From positions 51,249 to 115,248 of the forward strand of contig JAHFDN010000001.1 of the NCBI GenBank assembly GCA_023248995.1: 64,000 nt of DNA, given 5' to 3'. Shown in pieces: positions 1 through 10,465 of this stretch. How positions within the stretch are numbered: position 1 is the stretch's first letter; the number at the start of each line of letters is the position of its first letter. Made by a program: the position numbers and the translations under genes. The stretch comes from Candidatus Rokuibacteriota bacterium (GTDB lineage Bacteria; Methylomirabilota; Methylomirabilia; Rokubacteriales; CSP1-6). The notes below the pieces were generated by a model, which was given only the letters and a program-made list of their open reading frames with translations, had not been told where the DNA came from and searched no databases.

Positions 1-697
1 TGCGACTCGAGCGGGGGAAGATGTCGAAGATGATGGACTGGTGGGGCCGAATGGGGCCCGAACCCTGGTTGTGCGGGTCCACGCCGTCGAGCCCGCACGC
101 GACGATCGTGTGCTGGGCCACGCAGTCGTTTTCCATCAGCGACACGTTGATGACCTTCTTCATCTGCTCGACCGTCAGCGGCCGGCCGCGCCAGCGCACC
201 TCTTCCCCCCTGATCCGGCTCTCCCGGAGGACCCCGAGCGCAGCCCGGAAGGCGGTCTCGGTATGGCGCTGTGTCTCCGCGATCGCCGCGATTTCCTCCG
301 CGGACTTGACGAGGCGTTCCGGGAAGAACGGGTCGGGGCGCGCCGCCACCCGCACGCCCTTTTCCCGCAGGCGATCGGCGTACTCCAGGGGGAAGGCGGA
401 CGGCACGCTCACGAGGGGGACCCCGTACGCCTCCAGGAGCAGCCCGACCATGTCGATCAGGTGGGGAGATGGCCAGCGCTGGCGGGCTTTGCCCTCGTAT
501 TCGGAGAGGGAGAGCACCTCGTCGACGCGGGCCTGGGCGCGCGCGCGGTCGATTTCCAGGTCGCTCATGAGCAGGATCTTGCGCTCGCCCACCTGGAGGA
601 AGACGAAGGGGTCGGGCGCCAGAAAGCGGGTCGCGTAGTAGAGGTTGGCGTCGGCCTCGCTGGTTGCGATAAGGAGAAGGGCCGGCTCCCGGGTCAC
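1..697 (-). CDS. Xaa-Pro aminopeptidase / M24 family metallopeptidase (3' end runs off the window)
   Basis: Not in the ORF track. Manual minus-strand translation from GTG 697 gives MTREPALLLIATSEADANLYYATRFLAPDPFVFL... and later ACGPHNQGSGPIRPHQSIIFDIFPR, typical of M24 peptidases. Extended -10 TGCTATCCT 6 nt upstream. Confidence 0.8.
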   Translation of the reverse strand, partial: MTREPALLLIATSEADANLYYATRFLAPDPFVFLQVGERKILLMSDLEIDRARAQARVDEVLSLSEYEGKARQRWPSPHLIDMVGLLLEAYGVPLVSVPSAFPLEYADRLREKGVRVAARPDPFFPERLVKSAEEIAAIAETQRHTETAFRAALGVLRESRIRGEEVRWRGRPLTVEQMKKVINVSLMENDCVAQHTIVACGLDGVDPHNQGSGPIRPHQSIIFDIFPRSSR

Positions 698-755
698 GTA
701 GCTAGGATAGCACGCGGCCTCGGCGGCCTCAACGCGCGGCCGACCGGGGCGGGCG

Positions 756-1646
756 TCAGGCCCCCTCGCCCGCCTTGCGCAGCGACTTGATGAACCGCAC
801 GGCGGTGGGCGAGAGGTGCTTCTGCTTGCGGTAGATGATGCCGATCGGGCGCACCAGGTCCGGGATCCCGAGCGGCCGAGCCGCCAGGCTGCCGATCTCC
901 GTCTCCTTCACGACCGCGGGACGGGGGAGGATGCTGACCCCGGCGTCGATCGCGATGGCCTGCTTGATCGTCTCGATGTTGTCGAATTCCATGACCACGT
1001 TCACGCGCACGCTCTGCTGTTTCAGAGCCCGGTCGATGGCCCTGCGGATTCCCAGGTCGGGGTCGAAGGCGACGAATTTCTCCCCGTTCAGATCCGGCGG
1101 CATCACCACCCGTCGCCGGGCGAACCGGTGGCCGGGGTGACAGACAACCACCATCTTCTCGTCTCGCCACGGGATGACCGCGAGGGCGCGCATGGCGGGC
1201 GGGTAGGACATGATCCCGATGTCCGCCTCGTCGTTGATGACGGCCTCCACCACTTTGTGCGGGTGAAGGCACTCGAGTCGGACCTTGGCCTGGGGGTGGG
1301 CGGACATGAACGGCTGCATATGGCGGCTCATGTCGTGCAGGCCGACCGAGTAGATGGCGGCGACGCGGACGGTCCCGTCCAGCCGCGTCCGCGACGCGCC
1401 GACCCGGGCCTTGGCCTCTTCGTAGCGGTGGAGGAGGTCGCGGCAGGCGTCGTAGAGCGCCCGCCCCTCGGGGGTGACCGTGAACGGGCGCTTGGTCCTG
1501 TCGAGGAGCCGCACCCCCATGTCCGCCTCCAGCTGCTGCACAGACTGGCTGGCGGCGGACTGGGAGACCTCGTTGGCCGCGGCGCCGCGGGAGAAGCTCT
1601 TGAGGCGGACGACGTCGCAGTAGAGCTGGAGCGTTTCCAGGTTCAC
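756..1646 (-). CDS. LysR-family transcriptional regulator, divergent from gltBD (GltC-like position)
   Basis: N-terminal HTH NLETLQLYCDVVRLKSFSRGAAANEVSQSAASQSVQQLE...LLDRT, plus LysR substrate-binding domain. GTG start at 1646. Confidence 0.93.
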   Translation of the reverse strand: MNLETLQLYCDVVRLKSFSRGAAANEVSQSAASQSVQQLEADMGVRLLDRTKRPFTVTPEGRALYDACRDLLHRYEEAKARVGASRTRLDGTVRVAAIYSVGLHDMSRHMQPFMSAHPQAKVRLECLHPHKVVEAVINDEADIGIMSYPPAMRALAVIPWRDEKMVVVCHPGHRFARRRVVMPPDLNGEKFVAFDPDLGIRRAIDRALKQQSVRVNVVMEFDNIETIKQAIAIDAGVSILPRPAVVKETEIGSLAARPLGIPDLVRPIGIIYRKQKHLSPTAVRFIKSLRKAGEGA

Positions 1647-1662
1647 AGCGGCAGGATACACT

Positions 1663-1677
1663 ATTAGCATATCTGAT
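1663..1677. promoter_or_regulatory. Probable LysR recognition box (T-N11-A inverted repeat)
   Basis: ATTAG-CATAT-CTGAT imperfect palindrome with T-N11-A spacing, between the divergent lysR and gltB starts. Confidence 0.6.
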
Positions 1678-1775
1678 GCACAGTATTTTTCCTTTGGGCG
1701 TGACTTATGATTGGACTTCGTGTATCCTCACCCGAAAGATTGTTCCGGTCCTTCACAAGCCATGAGGAGGTCTCG

Positions 1776-4700
1776 GTGACCGACGCGCCGCACGCCAAGC
1801 CGCTGACCCCGGACGGGCTCCCCCCCGCCCAGGGGCTCTACGACCCGGCCCACGAGCACGACGCCTGCGGCGTCGGGTTCGTCGTGGACATGAAGGGGCG
1901 TCAGTCGCACGGCATCGTCCTACGGGCCCTGACCGTCCTCAAGAACCTGCTCCACCGTGGGGCCTGCGGGTGCGAGGTCAACACGGGGGACGGGGCCGGG
2001 ATTCTCATCCAGATGCCGCACGCCTTTCTGGCCCGCGAGTGCCTGACGCTGGGGATCGTCCTGCCGGCCTCCAGGTGGTACGGCGCCGGGCTCGTCTTCC
2101 TGCCCACCGACCCCGGCCAGGCCAGGCGCTGCCAGCAGGTCTTCGAGGAGATCGTCCGGGAGGAAGGGCAGACGATGCTGGGCTGGCGGGACGTGCCGAC
2201 CGACGACTCGCCCGTCGGGCCGAGCGCCAGGGCCGTGGAACCCGTCATCAAACAGGTGTTCATCGCGCGCGATCCTGCGATTCGAGACGACCGGCAGTTC
2301 GAGCGTGTCCTCTACATCGTCCGCAAGCGGGTCGAGCACGCCATCTACGGGTCGGAGATGGCGGCGCGGAAGCTCTTCTACCTGCCGAGCCTCTCCTCCA
2401 ACACGCTCATCTACAAGGGGATGCTCTCGGCAGACCAGATCGAGACCATGTTCCCCGACCTGACGGATCCGGCGATCGAGTCGGCGCTCGCCCTGGTCCA
2501 CCAGCGCTTCTCCACCAACACCTTCCCCTCCTGGCCTCTGGCTCATCCCTACCGGTATCTGGCTCATAACGGAGAAATCAACACCCTGCGCGGAAACATC
2601 AATTGGATGCGCGCCCGGGAGGCCCTTTGCGAGTCGCCCCTCCTGCCCGACCTGAAGAAGATCCTCCCCATCGTGCTCGAAGGCGGGAGCGATTCGGCGA
2701 TCTTCGACAACGTGCTGGAGTTTTTGGTCATGACCGGGCGGCCCCTGCCGCACGCCGTGCTCATGATGATCCCGGAGGCGTGGAGCGGCCACGAGTTCAT
2801 GGACGAGGACCTGAAGGCCTTCTACGAGTACCACGGCTGCCTGATGGAGCCCTGGGACGGGCCCGCGTCCATCGCCTTCACCGACGGCACCGTCATCGGG
2901 GCGGTCCTGGACCGGAACGGGCTCCGTCCCTCGCGCTACTACGTCACGAAGGACGGACTGGTCGTCATGGCGTCGGAGGTGGGGGTGCTGGACATCCCGC
3001 CCGACAACGTCCTCATGAAGGAGCGGCTGCACCCCGGCCGGATCTTCCTGGTGGATACCTCCCAGGGCCGGATCATTGACGACGCCGAGCTGAAGCGGGC
3101 CTTCGCCACCGAGCATCCCTACCGGGAGTGGCTCGGGCGGCACCTGGTCCCGCTCCAGAATCTCCCCGCACCACCCCACGTCCACGAGCCGGATCACGAG
3201 ACGGTGCTCCAGCGGCAGCAGGCCTTCGGCTACACCCACGAGGACCTCCGCATCCTGATGGGGCCCATGGCGAAGAACGGGGAAGAGCCGGTGGGCTCCA
3301 TGGGGACCGACACCTCGCTGGCCGTCCTGTCGAACCGCCCGCGTCTGCTCTACGACTACTTCAAGCAGCTCTTCGCCCAGGTGACCAACCCGCCCCTGGA
3401 CGCGATCCGCGAGGAGCTGGTGACCCAGATGTCCACGACGATCGGGCCCGAGCGTAACTTATTGATGCCCGAGCCGGAGAGCTGCCGCCAGATCAAGCTC
3501 AGGACCCCGATCCTGGACAACGAGGAGTTGGCCCGGGTCCGGTACGTGGATCGGCCCGGGTTCAGATCCATGACGCTGCCGATGCTCTTCCCGGTCGGCA
3601 AAGGGGGCCCGGGGCTCGAGAGCGCCCTGGAGGAGCTCTGCCTCAAGGCGAGCCAGGCCATCGCCCTCGGGTATACCTTCATCATCCTCTCCGATCGGGG
3701 CGTGGATAAGGACCTGGCGCCGATCCCGGCGCTCCTGGCGACGGCCGGCGTCCACCACCACCTGGTCCGCGAGGGGACCCGAACGCGCGTGGGGCTCGTG
3801 ATCGAGAGCGGGGAGCCGCGCGAGGTGCATCACGCGGCGCTCCTCCTGGGCTACGGCGCGGGAGCCATCAATCCCTACCTGGCCTTCGAGAGCCTGGACG
3901 ACATGATCCGCCAGGAGCTCCTGCCCGGGCTCGACCACGTGAAGGCGGTGAAGAGCTACATCAAGGCCCTGAACAAGGGAGTGTTGAAGGTCATCTCCAA
4001 GATGGGGATCTCCACCATCCAGTCCTACCGGGGCGCCCAGATCTTCGAGGCCATGGGCCTCGACAAGGAGTTCGTGGACCGGTTCTTCACCTGGACCGCC
4101 TCCCGCATCGGCGGCGTCGGGCTCGACGTGATCGCCGAGGAAGCGCGCCTCCGCCACCGGCACGCCTTTCCGGAGCGGCCTGTGGGGAAGCCTGACCTCG
4201 ACTGGGGGGGCGAATACCAGTGGCGGCGCGACGGGGAATACCATCTCTTCAACCCCGACACGGTCTTCAAGCTCCAGCACGCCACCCAGAGCGGCCGGTA
4301 CAAGATCTTCAAGGAATACACCCAGCTGGTGGACAACCAGAACCAGCACCTCTGCACGCTCAGGGGGCTCTTCGACTTCAAGGTGGCCGAGACGCGCATC
4401 CCCATCGAGGAGATCGAGCCGGTCGAGTCCATCCTCAAGCGGTTCGCCACGGGCGCCATGTCCTACGGCTCGATCAGCCAGGAGGCCCACGAGACGCTGG
4501 CCATCGCGATGAACCGGATGGGCGCCCGGTCGAACACGGGCGAGGGGGGGGAGGACCCGGCGCGCTACAAGCCTGATCCTAACGGCGACCTGCGGCGGAG
4601 CGCGGTCAAGCAGGTCGCCTCCGGCCGATTCGGCGTCACCAGCGAGTACCTGGTCAACTCGACCGATCTGCAGATCAAGATGGCCCAGGGCAGTAAGCCC

Positions 4701-6365
4701 GGCGAAGGCGGCCAGCTCCCCGGCCACAAGGTCTATCCCTGGATCGCGAGGGTCCGCTACTCCACCCCCGGGGTGGGGCTGATCTCTCCGCCCCCCCACC
4801 ACGACATCTACTCGATCGAGGACATCAAGCAGCTCATCCACGATCTGAAGAACAGTAATCCCAAGGCCCGTGTTCACGTGAAATTGGTCGCTGAGGTGGG
4901 GGTCGGGACGGTGGCGGCGGGAGTGGCCAAGGCGTTTTCGGACGTCGTGCTGATCTCCGGCCACGACGGCGGCACCGGGGCCTCCCCGCTCAGCAGCATC
5001 AAGCACGCCGGTCTCCCCTGGGAACTGGGTCTCGCCGAGACCCAGCAGGTCCTCGTGCTGAACAAGCTCCGCGACCGGATCACCGTCCAGGTGGACGGGC
5101 AGATGAAGACCGGGCGCGACGTGGTCGTGGCGGCGCTCCTCGGCGCCGAGGAGTACGGCTTCTCCACGGCCCCGCTGGTCGTGATGGGCTGCGTCCTGAT
5201 GCGCGTCTGCCACCTGAACACGTGCCCGGTGGGGATCGCGACCCAGGATCCCGAGCTCAGGAAGAAGTTCACGGGGAAGCCCGAGTTCGTCCAGAATTTC
5301 TTCCGGTTCCTCGCCGCGGAGGTCCGGGAGTACATGGCCCAGCTCGGCTTCAGGACCATGGACGAGATGATCGGGCGGGTGGACAAGCTCGACATGAAGA
5401 AGGCGCTGGATCACTGGAAGGCGCGCGGGCTCGACTACTCCTCGATCCTCTACCAGCCGCAGGTCGGGCCCGACGTGGCGATCCGCAAGGTGCGCGAGCA
5501 GGATCACGGCCTGGACAAGGCGCTGGACAGGACCACGATCATCCCGCTCTGCCGGCCGGCCCTCGACCGGCGCGAGCCCGTGGATCTTCGCCTGCCGATC
5601 CGAAACGTCCACCGGACTGTCGGGACCCTCCTGGGCTACGAAGTCACCAGTCGTTACGGAAGCGAGGGGCTCCCCGACGACACGATCAGGATCCACTTCA
5701 CGGGCTCGGCGGGCCAGAGCTTCGGGGCGTTCATCCCGCGGGGGATCACGCTCGTCCTGGAGGGTGACTCCAACGACTACCTCGGCAAGGGCCTGTCGGG
5801 TGGCAAGATGATCGTGTACCCGCCGCGGGAGTCTACCTTCGTTCCCGAGGAGAACATCCTGGTCGGCAATGTCGTGCTCTACGGAGCCACCAGCGGCGAG
5901 GCGTACTTCCGAGGCGTCGCGGGTGAGCGGTTCGCCGTCAGGAACAGCGGGGCGCGCACTGTCGTGGAGGGCATCGGCGACCACGGCTGCGAGTACATGA
6001 CGGGAGGTCGCGTGGTCGTCATCGGCGGCACAGGACGCAACTTCGCGGCCGGCATGTCCGGCGGCGTCGCCTATGTTCTCGACGAGGTGGGCGACTTCAG
6101 GATCCGCTGCAACCTCGGCATGGTGGATGTCGAGCCCCTGGTTGCGGACGAAGATGTGCGCGAGGTGAGAGAGCTCCTCCGTCGCCACGCCCGCTACACC
6201 CAGAGCACGGTGGCAGAAGGAATCCTCGCCCGGTGGGGCAAGACGCAACCCAAGTTCGTGAAGGTCATGCCGCGCGATTACAAGCGGTCCCTCAATGCCA
6301 TGAAGCGGGCCCAGGAGGAAGGAATCCCCTGGGAGAAGGCGGTGATGGAAGGGGCGCATGGGTAA
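1776..6365 (+). CDS. gltB: Glutamate synthase large subunit
   Basis: EHDACGVGF amidotransferase start, [30 protein letters not shown], CxxxxxCxxxxC 3Fe-4S motif, GXGXG domain. GAGGAGG RBS before GTG 1776. Confidence 0.98.
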   Translation: MTDAPHAKPLTPDGLPPAQGLYDPAHEHDACGVGFVVDMKGRQSHGIVLRALTVLKNLLHRGACGCEVNTGDGAGILIQMPHAFLARECLTLGIVLPASRWYGAGLVFLPTDPGQARRCQQVFEEIVREEGQTMLGWRDVPTDDSPVGPSARAVEPVIKQVFIARDPAIRDDRQFERVLYIVRKRVEHAIYGSEMAARKLFYLPSLSSNTLIYKGMLSADQIETMFPDLTDPAIESALALVHQRFSTNTFPSWPLAHPYRYLAHNGEINTLRGNINWMRAREALCESPLLPDLKKILPIVLEGGSDSAIFDNVLEFLVMTGRPLPHAVLMMIPEAWSGHEFMDEDLKAFYEYHGCLMEPWDGPASIAFTDGTVIGAVLDRNGLRPSRYYVTKDGLVVMASEVGVLDIPPDNVLMKERLHPGRIFLVDTSQGRIIDDAELKRAFATEHPYREWLGRHLVPLQNLPAPPHVHEPDHETVLQRQQAFGYTHEDLRILMGPMAKNGEEPVGSMGTDTSLAVLSNRPRLLYDYFKQLFAQVTNPPLDAIREELVTQMSTTIGPERNLLMPEPESCRQIKLRTPILDNEELARVRYVDRPGFRSMTLPMLFPVGKGGPGLESALEELCLKASQAIALGYTFIILSDRGVDKDLAPIPALLATAGVHHHLVREGTRTRVGLVIESGEPREVHHAALLLGYGAGAINPYLAFESLDDMIRQELLPGLDHVKAVKSYIKALNKGVLKVISKMGISTIQSYRGAQIFEAMGLDKEFVDRFFTWTASRIGGVGLDVIAEEARLRHRHAFPERPVGKPDLDWGGEYQWRRDGEYHLFNPDTVFKLQHATQSGRYKIFKEYTQLVDNQNQHLCTLRGLFDFKVAETRIPIEEIEPVESILKRFATGAMSYGSISQEAHETLAIAMNRMGARSNTGEGGEDPARYKPDPNGDLRRSAVKQVASGRFGVTSEYLVNSTDLQIKMAQGSKPGEGGQLPGHKVYPWIARVRYSTPGVGLISPPPHHDIYSIEDIKQLIHDLKNSNPKARVHVKLVAEVGVGTVAAGVAKAFSDVVLISGHDGGTGASPLSSIKHAGLPWELGLAETQQVLVLNKLRDRITVQVDGQMKTGRDVVVAALLGAEEYGFSTAPLVVMGCVLMRVCHLNTCPVGIATQDPELRKKFTGKPEFVQNFFRFLAAEVREYMAQLGFRTMDEMIGRVDKLDMKKALDHWKARGLDYSSILYQPQVGPDVAIRKVREQDHGLDKALDRTTIIPLCRPALDRREPVDLRLPIRNVHRTVGTLLGYEVTSRYGSEGLPDDTIRIHFTGSAGQSFGAFIPRGITLVLEGDSNDYLGKGLSGGKMIVYPPRESTFVPEENILVGNVVLYGATSGEAYFRGVAGERFAVRNSGARTVVEGIGDHGCEYMTGGRVVVIGGTGRNFAAGMSGGVAYVLDEVGDFRIRCNLGMVDVEPLVADEDVREVRELLRRHARYTQSTVAEGILARWGKTQPKFVKVMPRDYKRSLNAMKRAQEEGIPWEKAVMEGAHG

Positions 6366-7803
6366 GCCCACCGGCTTCATGGAGTGGAAGCGCGACAAGC
6401 AGCCGTACCGCGCGGTGGCCGAGCGGGTCCGGGACTGGAAGCTGCAGATGCTTCCGTGGCCCGAGGACACGCTCCAGAAGCAGGGCGCGCGCTGCATGGA
6501 CTGCGGCATCCCCTTCTGCCACGAGGGCTGCCCGCTCGGCAACCTGATTCCCGACTGGAACGACCTGGTCTACCGCGACAAGTGGCGGGAAGCGATCGAC
6601 CGCCTCCACGCGACGAACAATTTCCCCGAATTCACCGGGACCCTCTGCCCGGCCCCGTGCGAGGGCTCCTGCGTCCTCGGCATCAACGACGACCCGGTGA
6701 CGATCAGGGCGATCGAGCTGGCGACCATCGACCACGCCTTCGAGGCCGGATGGGTGAAGCCCGAGCCCCCGGTCGTGCGGACCGGCAAGAAGGTCGCGGT
6801 TGTCGGCTCAGGGCCCGCCGGGCTGGCCGCTGCCCAGCAGCTCAATCGCGCAGGGCACTGGGTGACGGTCTTCGAGCGGGACGACAGGATCGGCGGCCTC
6901 CTGCGCTACGGGATCCCCGAGTTCAAGATGGAGAAGCGGGTCCTTGACCGGCGCCTCCAGCTGATGGAGAAGGAGGGGGTGGACTTCCAGGTCAACGCCC
7001 ACGTGGGAGTGACCGTGTCCGTCGAGGACCTGCGCCGGGAGTTCGACGCCATTCTCCTTGCCGGTGGCGCGACGCTCCCGCGAGACCTCAAGGTGCCTGG
7101 GCGCGAGCTCGGCGGCATCCACTTCGCCATGGAGTACCTGACCCTCCAGAACAGGCGCTGCGAGGGCGACCCGATCCCCGACGAGGGGTTCATCACCGCC
7201 GGCGGGAAGCGGGTCGTCATCATCGGGGGCGGCGACACGGGGGCCGACTGCCTGGGCACCGTCCATCGCCAGGGCGCCGCCTCGGTCCACCAGTTCGAGC
7301 TCCTTCCCCGCCCGCCCGACGAGCGTGCTCCCGACAACCCCTGGCCCCAATGGCCGGTCATCTTACGGACATCCGCGGCCCACGCGGAGGGAGGGATCCG
7401 TGAATACGCCGTCTCGACCACTCGCTTCTCGGGGGAGAACGGCCACGTGAAGAAGCTCCACGCTCACCGGGTCGAGATGGTGCGGGAGGGCGGGCGCCTC
7501 GACTTCAGGCCGATCCCCCACACCGAGTTCGAGCTGGAGGCCGAGTTGGTCCTTCTGGCCATGGGCTTTCTTGGCCCGGAGCGGGACGGCGCCTTGAGTC
7601 AGCTCGGCCTCAAGCTGACGGAGCGCGGCACCGTGTCGCGGGACGTGAACTGGATGACGAGCGTCCCCGGCGTGTTCGTCGCCGGGGACATGCAGCGCGG
7701 CCAATCCCTCATCGTCTGGGCCATCGCCGAGGGCCGGAGCGCCGCCCGGGGGGTGGATCTCTACCTCATGGGCCGCTCCGATCTCCCCGCCCCTCTTCCG
7801 TAG
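6358..7803 (+). CDS. gltD: Glutamate synthase small subunit
   Basis: MGKPTGF start, [47 protein letters not shown]. Overlaps the gltB stop. Confidence 0.98.
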   Translation: MGKPTGFMEWKRDKQPYRAVAERVRDWKLQMLPWPEDTLQKQGARCMDCGIPFCHEGCPLGNLIPDWNDLVYRDKWREAIDRLHATNNFPEFTGTLCPAPCEGSCVLGINDDPVTIRAIELATIDHAFEAGWVKPEPPVVRTGKKVAVVGSGPAGLAAAQQLNRAGHWVTVFERDDRIGGLLRYGIPEFKMEKRVLDRRLQLMEKEGVDFQVNAHVGVTVSVEDLRREFDAILLAGGATLPRDLKVPGRELGGIHFAMEYLTLQNRRCEGDPIPDEGFITAGGKRVVIIGGGDTGADCLGTVHRQGAASVHQFELLPRPPDERAPDNPWPQWPVILRTSAAHAEGGIREYAVSTTRFSGENGHVKKLHAHRVEMVREGGRLDFRPIPHTEFELEAELVLLAMGFLGPERDGALSQLGLKLTERGTVSRDVNWMTSVPGVFVAGDMQRGQSLIVWAIAEGRSAARGVDLYLMGRSDLPAPLP

Positions 7804-7807
7804 CCCC

Positions 7808-8296
7808 ATGCCCCTCAGCCGGCAGGAGCGCGAGCGCCTCATCCAGCAGTACGCCGACGGCCCGTCCCGCCTGCGCGCGGCCTTCATGAGGATCGCCGAG
7901 GAGGCGCGGAAGTGGCGCCCGGCGCCGGGGGAGTGGTCGGCGCACGAGATCGTCTGCCACTGCGCCGATTCGGAAACGAACGCGGCGGCCCGGATCCGCT
8001 ACGTCGTCGCCGAGAAGGATCCCCTGGTCCTGGGCTACGACGAGAACGCCTGGGTCCAGCGCTTCGACTACCACTCGCACCCGATCGAGGCGGCTCTCGC
8101 GACCGTGGACGCCGTTCGCGCCAACACCTCGGCGCTCATCCGGCGGCTTCCGGGCGAGGCCTGGGCGCGCGAGGGGCAACACACCGAGTCAGGCCGCTAC
8201 ACGGCGGAGGACTGGCTCAGGATCTATGCGGCCCACCTGGAGGAGCACGCCCGCCAGATCGAGAATAATCTCGCCGCCTGGCGGGCCCGCCAATAG
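7808..8296 (+). CDS. DinB/YfiT-family putative metal-dependent thiol transferase
   Basis: WSAHEIVCHCADSE and HLEEHARQI His-triad pattern; PLVLGYDENAW. Confidence 0.85.
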   Translation: MPLSRQERERLIQQYADGPSRLRAAFMRIAEEARKWRPAPGEWSAHEIVCHCADSETNAAARIRYVVAEKDPLVLGYDENAWVQRFDYHSHPIEAALATVDAVRANTSALIRRLPGEAWAREGQHTESGRYTAEDWLRIYAAHLEEHARQIENNLAAWRARQ

Positions 8297-8397
8297 GTCA
8301 CTCCGAGTATTACCCCCCCTGTGCGCTCCTCTTCCGATGTGGTCCCGGAGGGGCCCGAGGGATCGATCCCGTCCTTCGGGGGTCAGGTTCTTCTGTC

Positions 8398-8459
8398 GCC
8401 TAACGATAAAGCTCACCGGCGTGCCGCTTTTGCGCGTCCGGTGAAGCGAACGGTTAGCC
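8398..8459 (-). mobile_element. Integron attC recombination site (62 bp)
   Basis: Minus strand: R'' GGCTAAC, 5-nt spacer, L'' GCTTCACC, GG(A)CGCGC-AAAA-GCGGCACGCC, L' GGTGAGC, 6-nt spacer, R' GTTAGGC. Extra-helical bases are present and the upstream gene's TAA lies inside R''. Confidence 0.88.
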
Positions 8460-9599
8460 AGCCCGGCGCAAGGATGTCGTTCCAATAGAACCATGCTCGG
8501 CGTCCCAAAGAAGGTCGGCTTCCGAGAAAGCCTGGCGAGCGTGACTGTATGCCACTACGCATACCGGCGGCCACTTCCACTGTTGATGCACCACACCCGC
8601 ACGCTCCGTCGAGAATCTGATCGTACCGCGCGTACCCTCCAACTCCATGCGGCGCAACGCATCGCGGACGTTCGGCGGTTCCGTAGTCCCAGCGTCCTCG
8701 AAAGCGCGCGCGAGCACGAGCACACTATCGAACCCTTCGAAGGCGACGAATGTCGGTTCTCGGCCGTACTGCTTCTTGAAGTGCATTGATATGCGCTTTC
8801 CGTTGCCCGTGGGGCGGTCCGGTCGCGTGTACGAGAGGAAAGGGACCTGTATGGCACCGGTACCAGCAATCTCCCACCAGTCCGGAAACACCGTGCGTCC
8901 CGCAGGATCTCCGAAAAAGCATGCAGGCGGGACAAGGCCATGGTTGTGCGCCTCGCCCACGACCGAACGCAGTGGTTCCGGGTAGGCCATGAGAAGGAGC
9001 AAGATGTCCGGGACCGCAGACTCCGATTGCTTCGCCTTGACTTGCCGGATCCAGGACGCTGCATCGGCCAGTCCTGGAGCAACTGAAAGCCGCGTAAAAT
9101 GTACGCCTAAGTTTTGGAGCCGACCCTCTATTGCTCTTGAGCCGTTGTTCCAATAACGATTATCTTCTTGAAGCGCGACGACATGCTGAAAACCCTGTGA
9201 CGCTAAAAAGTCGGCGTAGATAGCCCAACCGTAGGATTGAGGTGGTGCAAGACGAAACACGAAACCCAACCTGCGGGCTGTGATGTCATCCAGCGTCGCG
9301 GACGCGCATACGAAGGGGAGGCCGGAACGCTCCACTGGCTCTACGATGGCATCAGCAACCACGCTGTGGAACTCGCCGGCCAAGGCGTGGACGCTTTCTC
9401 CAAGCAGCCTCTCGACAGCGGCCACACCTGCCTCCGGTCGGCCATGTGTGTCCTCAAATAAGAGAGTCAACTGCCTGCCCAGCACGCCACCCGAGCCATT
9501 AAGTTGCTGCACGGCGAGACTCATCCCGTCCTTGAGTTCGCGTCCTGCCCAAGGAATGCCCGGCAACGTCAGCGGGCCAAGACCGCCGATACGTATCAC
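8454..9599 (-). CDS. Branched-chain-amino-acid-type ABC substrate-binding protein (type I PBP fold) carried as a gene cassette
   Basis: IRIGGLGPLT..G....G...AVQQLNGSGGVLGRQLTLLFEDT, FVFRLAP, LEGTRGTIRF. Visibly lower GC, no signal peptide, no permease genes. Confidence 0.85.
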   Translation of the reverse strand: MIRIGGLGPLTLPGIPWAGRELKDGMSLAVQQLNGSGGVLGRQLTLLFEDTHGRPEAGVAAVERLLGESVHALAGEFHSVVADAIVEPVERSGLPFVCASATLDDITARRLGFVFRLAPPQSYGWAIYADFLASQGFQHVVALQEDNRYWNNGSRAIEGRLQNLGVHFTRLSVAPGLADAASWIRQVKAKQSESAVPDILLLLMAYPEPLRSVVGEAHNHGLVPPACFFGDPAGRTVFPDWWEIAGTGAIQVPFLSYTRPDRPTGNGKRISMHFKKQYGREPTFVAFEGFDSVLVLARAFEDAGTTEPPNVRDALRRMELEGTRGTIRFSTERAGVVHQQWKWPPVCVVAYSHARQAFSEADLLWDAEHGSIGTTSLRRAG

Positions 9600-9830
9600 C
9601 TTCTCCCCCTTTACGTCGTTACCTCACACACCTCATTGTGGAGCTGGCTAACTAGAATTAGGTAGAAGCGTATATCACGGCAAACCTTGCAGTTGGCCGC
9701 AACCTATCGCGGAGACGCATCGCCAGGGTCTACCGCGTATCTCCAGGTTCTTCCGGGGAGTTGCCCTCCGGAGACCCAGGCGCTGCCATGTTATGCAGCA
9801 TCGCGTTGCGGCCTATCCCGGCGTGCCTTC

Positions 9831-9887
9831 CGTGGCATCGACCTCTACCTCATGGGCAAGTCCGACCTCCCCGCTCCCCTCCTCTAA
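9831..9887 (+). repeat. Displaced copy A of the gltD 3' end (RGIDLYLMGKSDLPAPLL*)
   Basis: Aligns with gltD 7747-7803; 41 bp identical to copy B. Confidence 0.9.
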
Positions 9888-9910
9888 GGGGGCACGAGGC
9901 GCCCCTAACG

Positions 9911-10123
9911 CTATAGAAGGTCGCGAAACTTTTCGACGGTTAGGCCGGCGTCGCGCACGATGCCGCCCAGCGTGTAAGCGTTAACGGGATTGTGACGGGG
10001 AATGGTAAGAATGCGGACGCCGTCGGTCATAACGACGTGCTTACCTTCACGGACAATGCGAAACCCGGCCTTCTCCAGCGCGCGCACGGCATCTCGGTGG
10101 TTGACGCCGGGGATCTTGGGCAC
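9911..10123 (-). CDS. hicA: HicA-family mRNA interferase toxin
   Basis: VRALEKAGFRIVREGKHVVM...TIPRH...TLGGIVRDAGLTVEKF. Confidence 0.9.
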   Translation of the reverse strand: MPKIPGVNHRDAVRALEKAGFRIVREGKHVVMTDGVRILTIPRHNPVNAYTLGGIVRDAGLTVEKFRDLL

Positions 10124-10125
10124 GC

Positions 10126-10323
10126 CTATGAGGTGACTTCGACTTCGCGGACGACCGCCCCTTTCAGGAGTCCTTCACGCGCGGCGAGGTACTCGCGAAT
10201 CGCGTCTTTGATGTTCGCCAGCGCCTCCTGTTCGGTGGCACCCTGCGACCAGCACCCCGGCAGCCCCGGAACCGAAACACTATAGCCTTCGTCCCTCTTC
10301 AGCAACGCAATCTTGTATTTCAT
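10126..10323 (-). CDS. hicB: HicB-family antitoxin (short, no DNA-binding domain)
   Basis: GYSVSVPGLPGCWSQGATEQEALANIKDAIREYL. Confidence 0.9.
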   Translation of the reverse strand: MKYKIALLKRDEGYSVSVPGLPGCWSQGATEQEALANIKDAIREYLAAREGLLKGAVVREVEVTS

Positions 10324-10329
10324 GGCTCA

Positions 10330-10358
10330 AGTATATACCGGAGAGATGCTACCGTCTA
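10330..10358 (-). promoter_or_regulatory. Sigma70-type promoter of hicBA (leaderless)
   Basis: TAGACG-17 nt-TATACT-6 nt-ATG. Confidence 0.65.
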
Positions 10359-10392
10359 ACAGGAATCGCCATGTCCCATTTCCGATACACCG

Positions 10393-10465
10393 GCCGAGGG
10401 GGAGCGCCGCCCGCGGCATCGACCTCTACCTCATGGGCAAGTCCGACCTCCCCGCCCCGCTTTGA
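10393..10465 (+). repeat. Displaced copy B of the gltD 3' end (...SAARGIDLYLMGKSDLPAPL*)
   Basis: Aligns with gltD ~7726-7803 with a 2-bp deletion near its 5' end; 41 bp identical to copy A. Confidence 0.9.

Noticed and set aside
3459-6542. Very long antisense ORFs (1027 aa here; also 28607-31027, 36318-38258, 42050-43798 and others)
   Set aside because: Shadow frames of well-supported high-GC genes, with no recognisable motifs
8359-8370. GGGATCGATCCC palindrome
   Set aside because: Short and GC-rich with no promoter context; plausible by chance
9788-9800. ATGTTATGCAGCA resembling the class 1 attI1 direct repeats
   Set aside because: Single short match on the wrong strand relative to the cassette and too far from the core site
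9687-9887. 66-aa ORF ending in the gltD-like peptide
   Set aside because: Only the last ~18 codons resemble a protein; treated as a repeat remnant, not a gene
9903-9946. CCCTAAC...GTTAGGC as a second attC on the plus strand
   Set aside because: Only ~44 bp, lies mostly within hicA coding sequence, and has no proper L boxes
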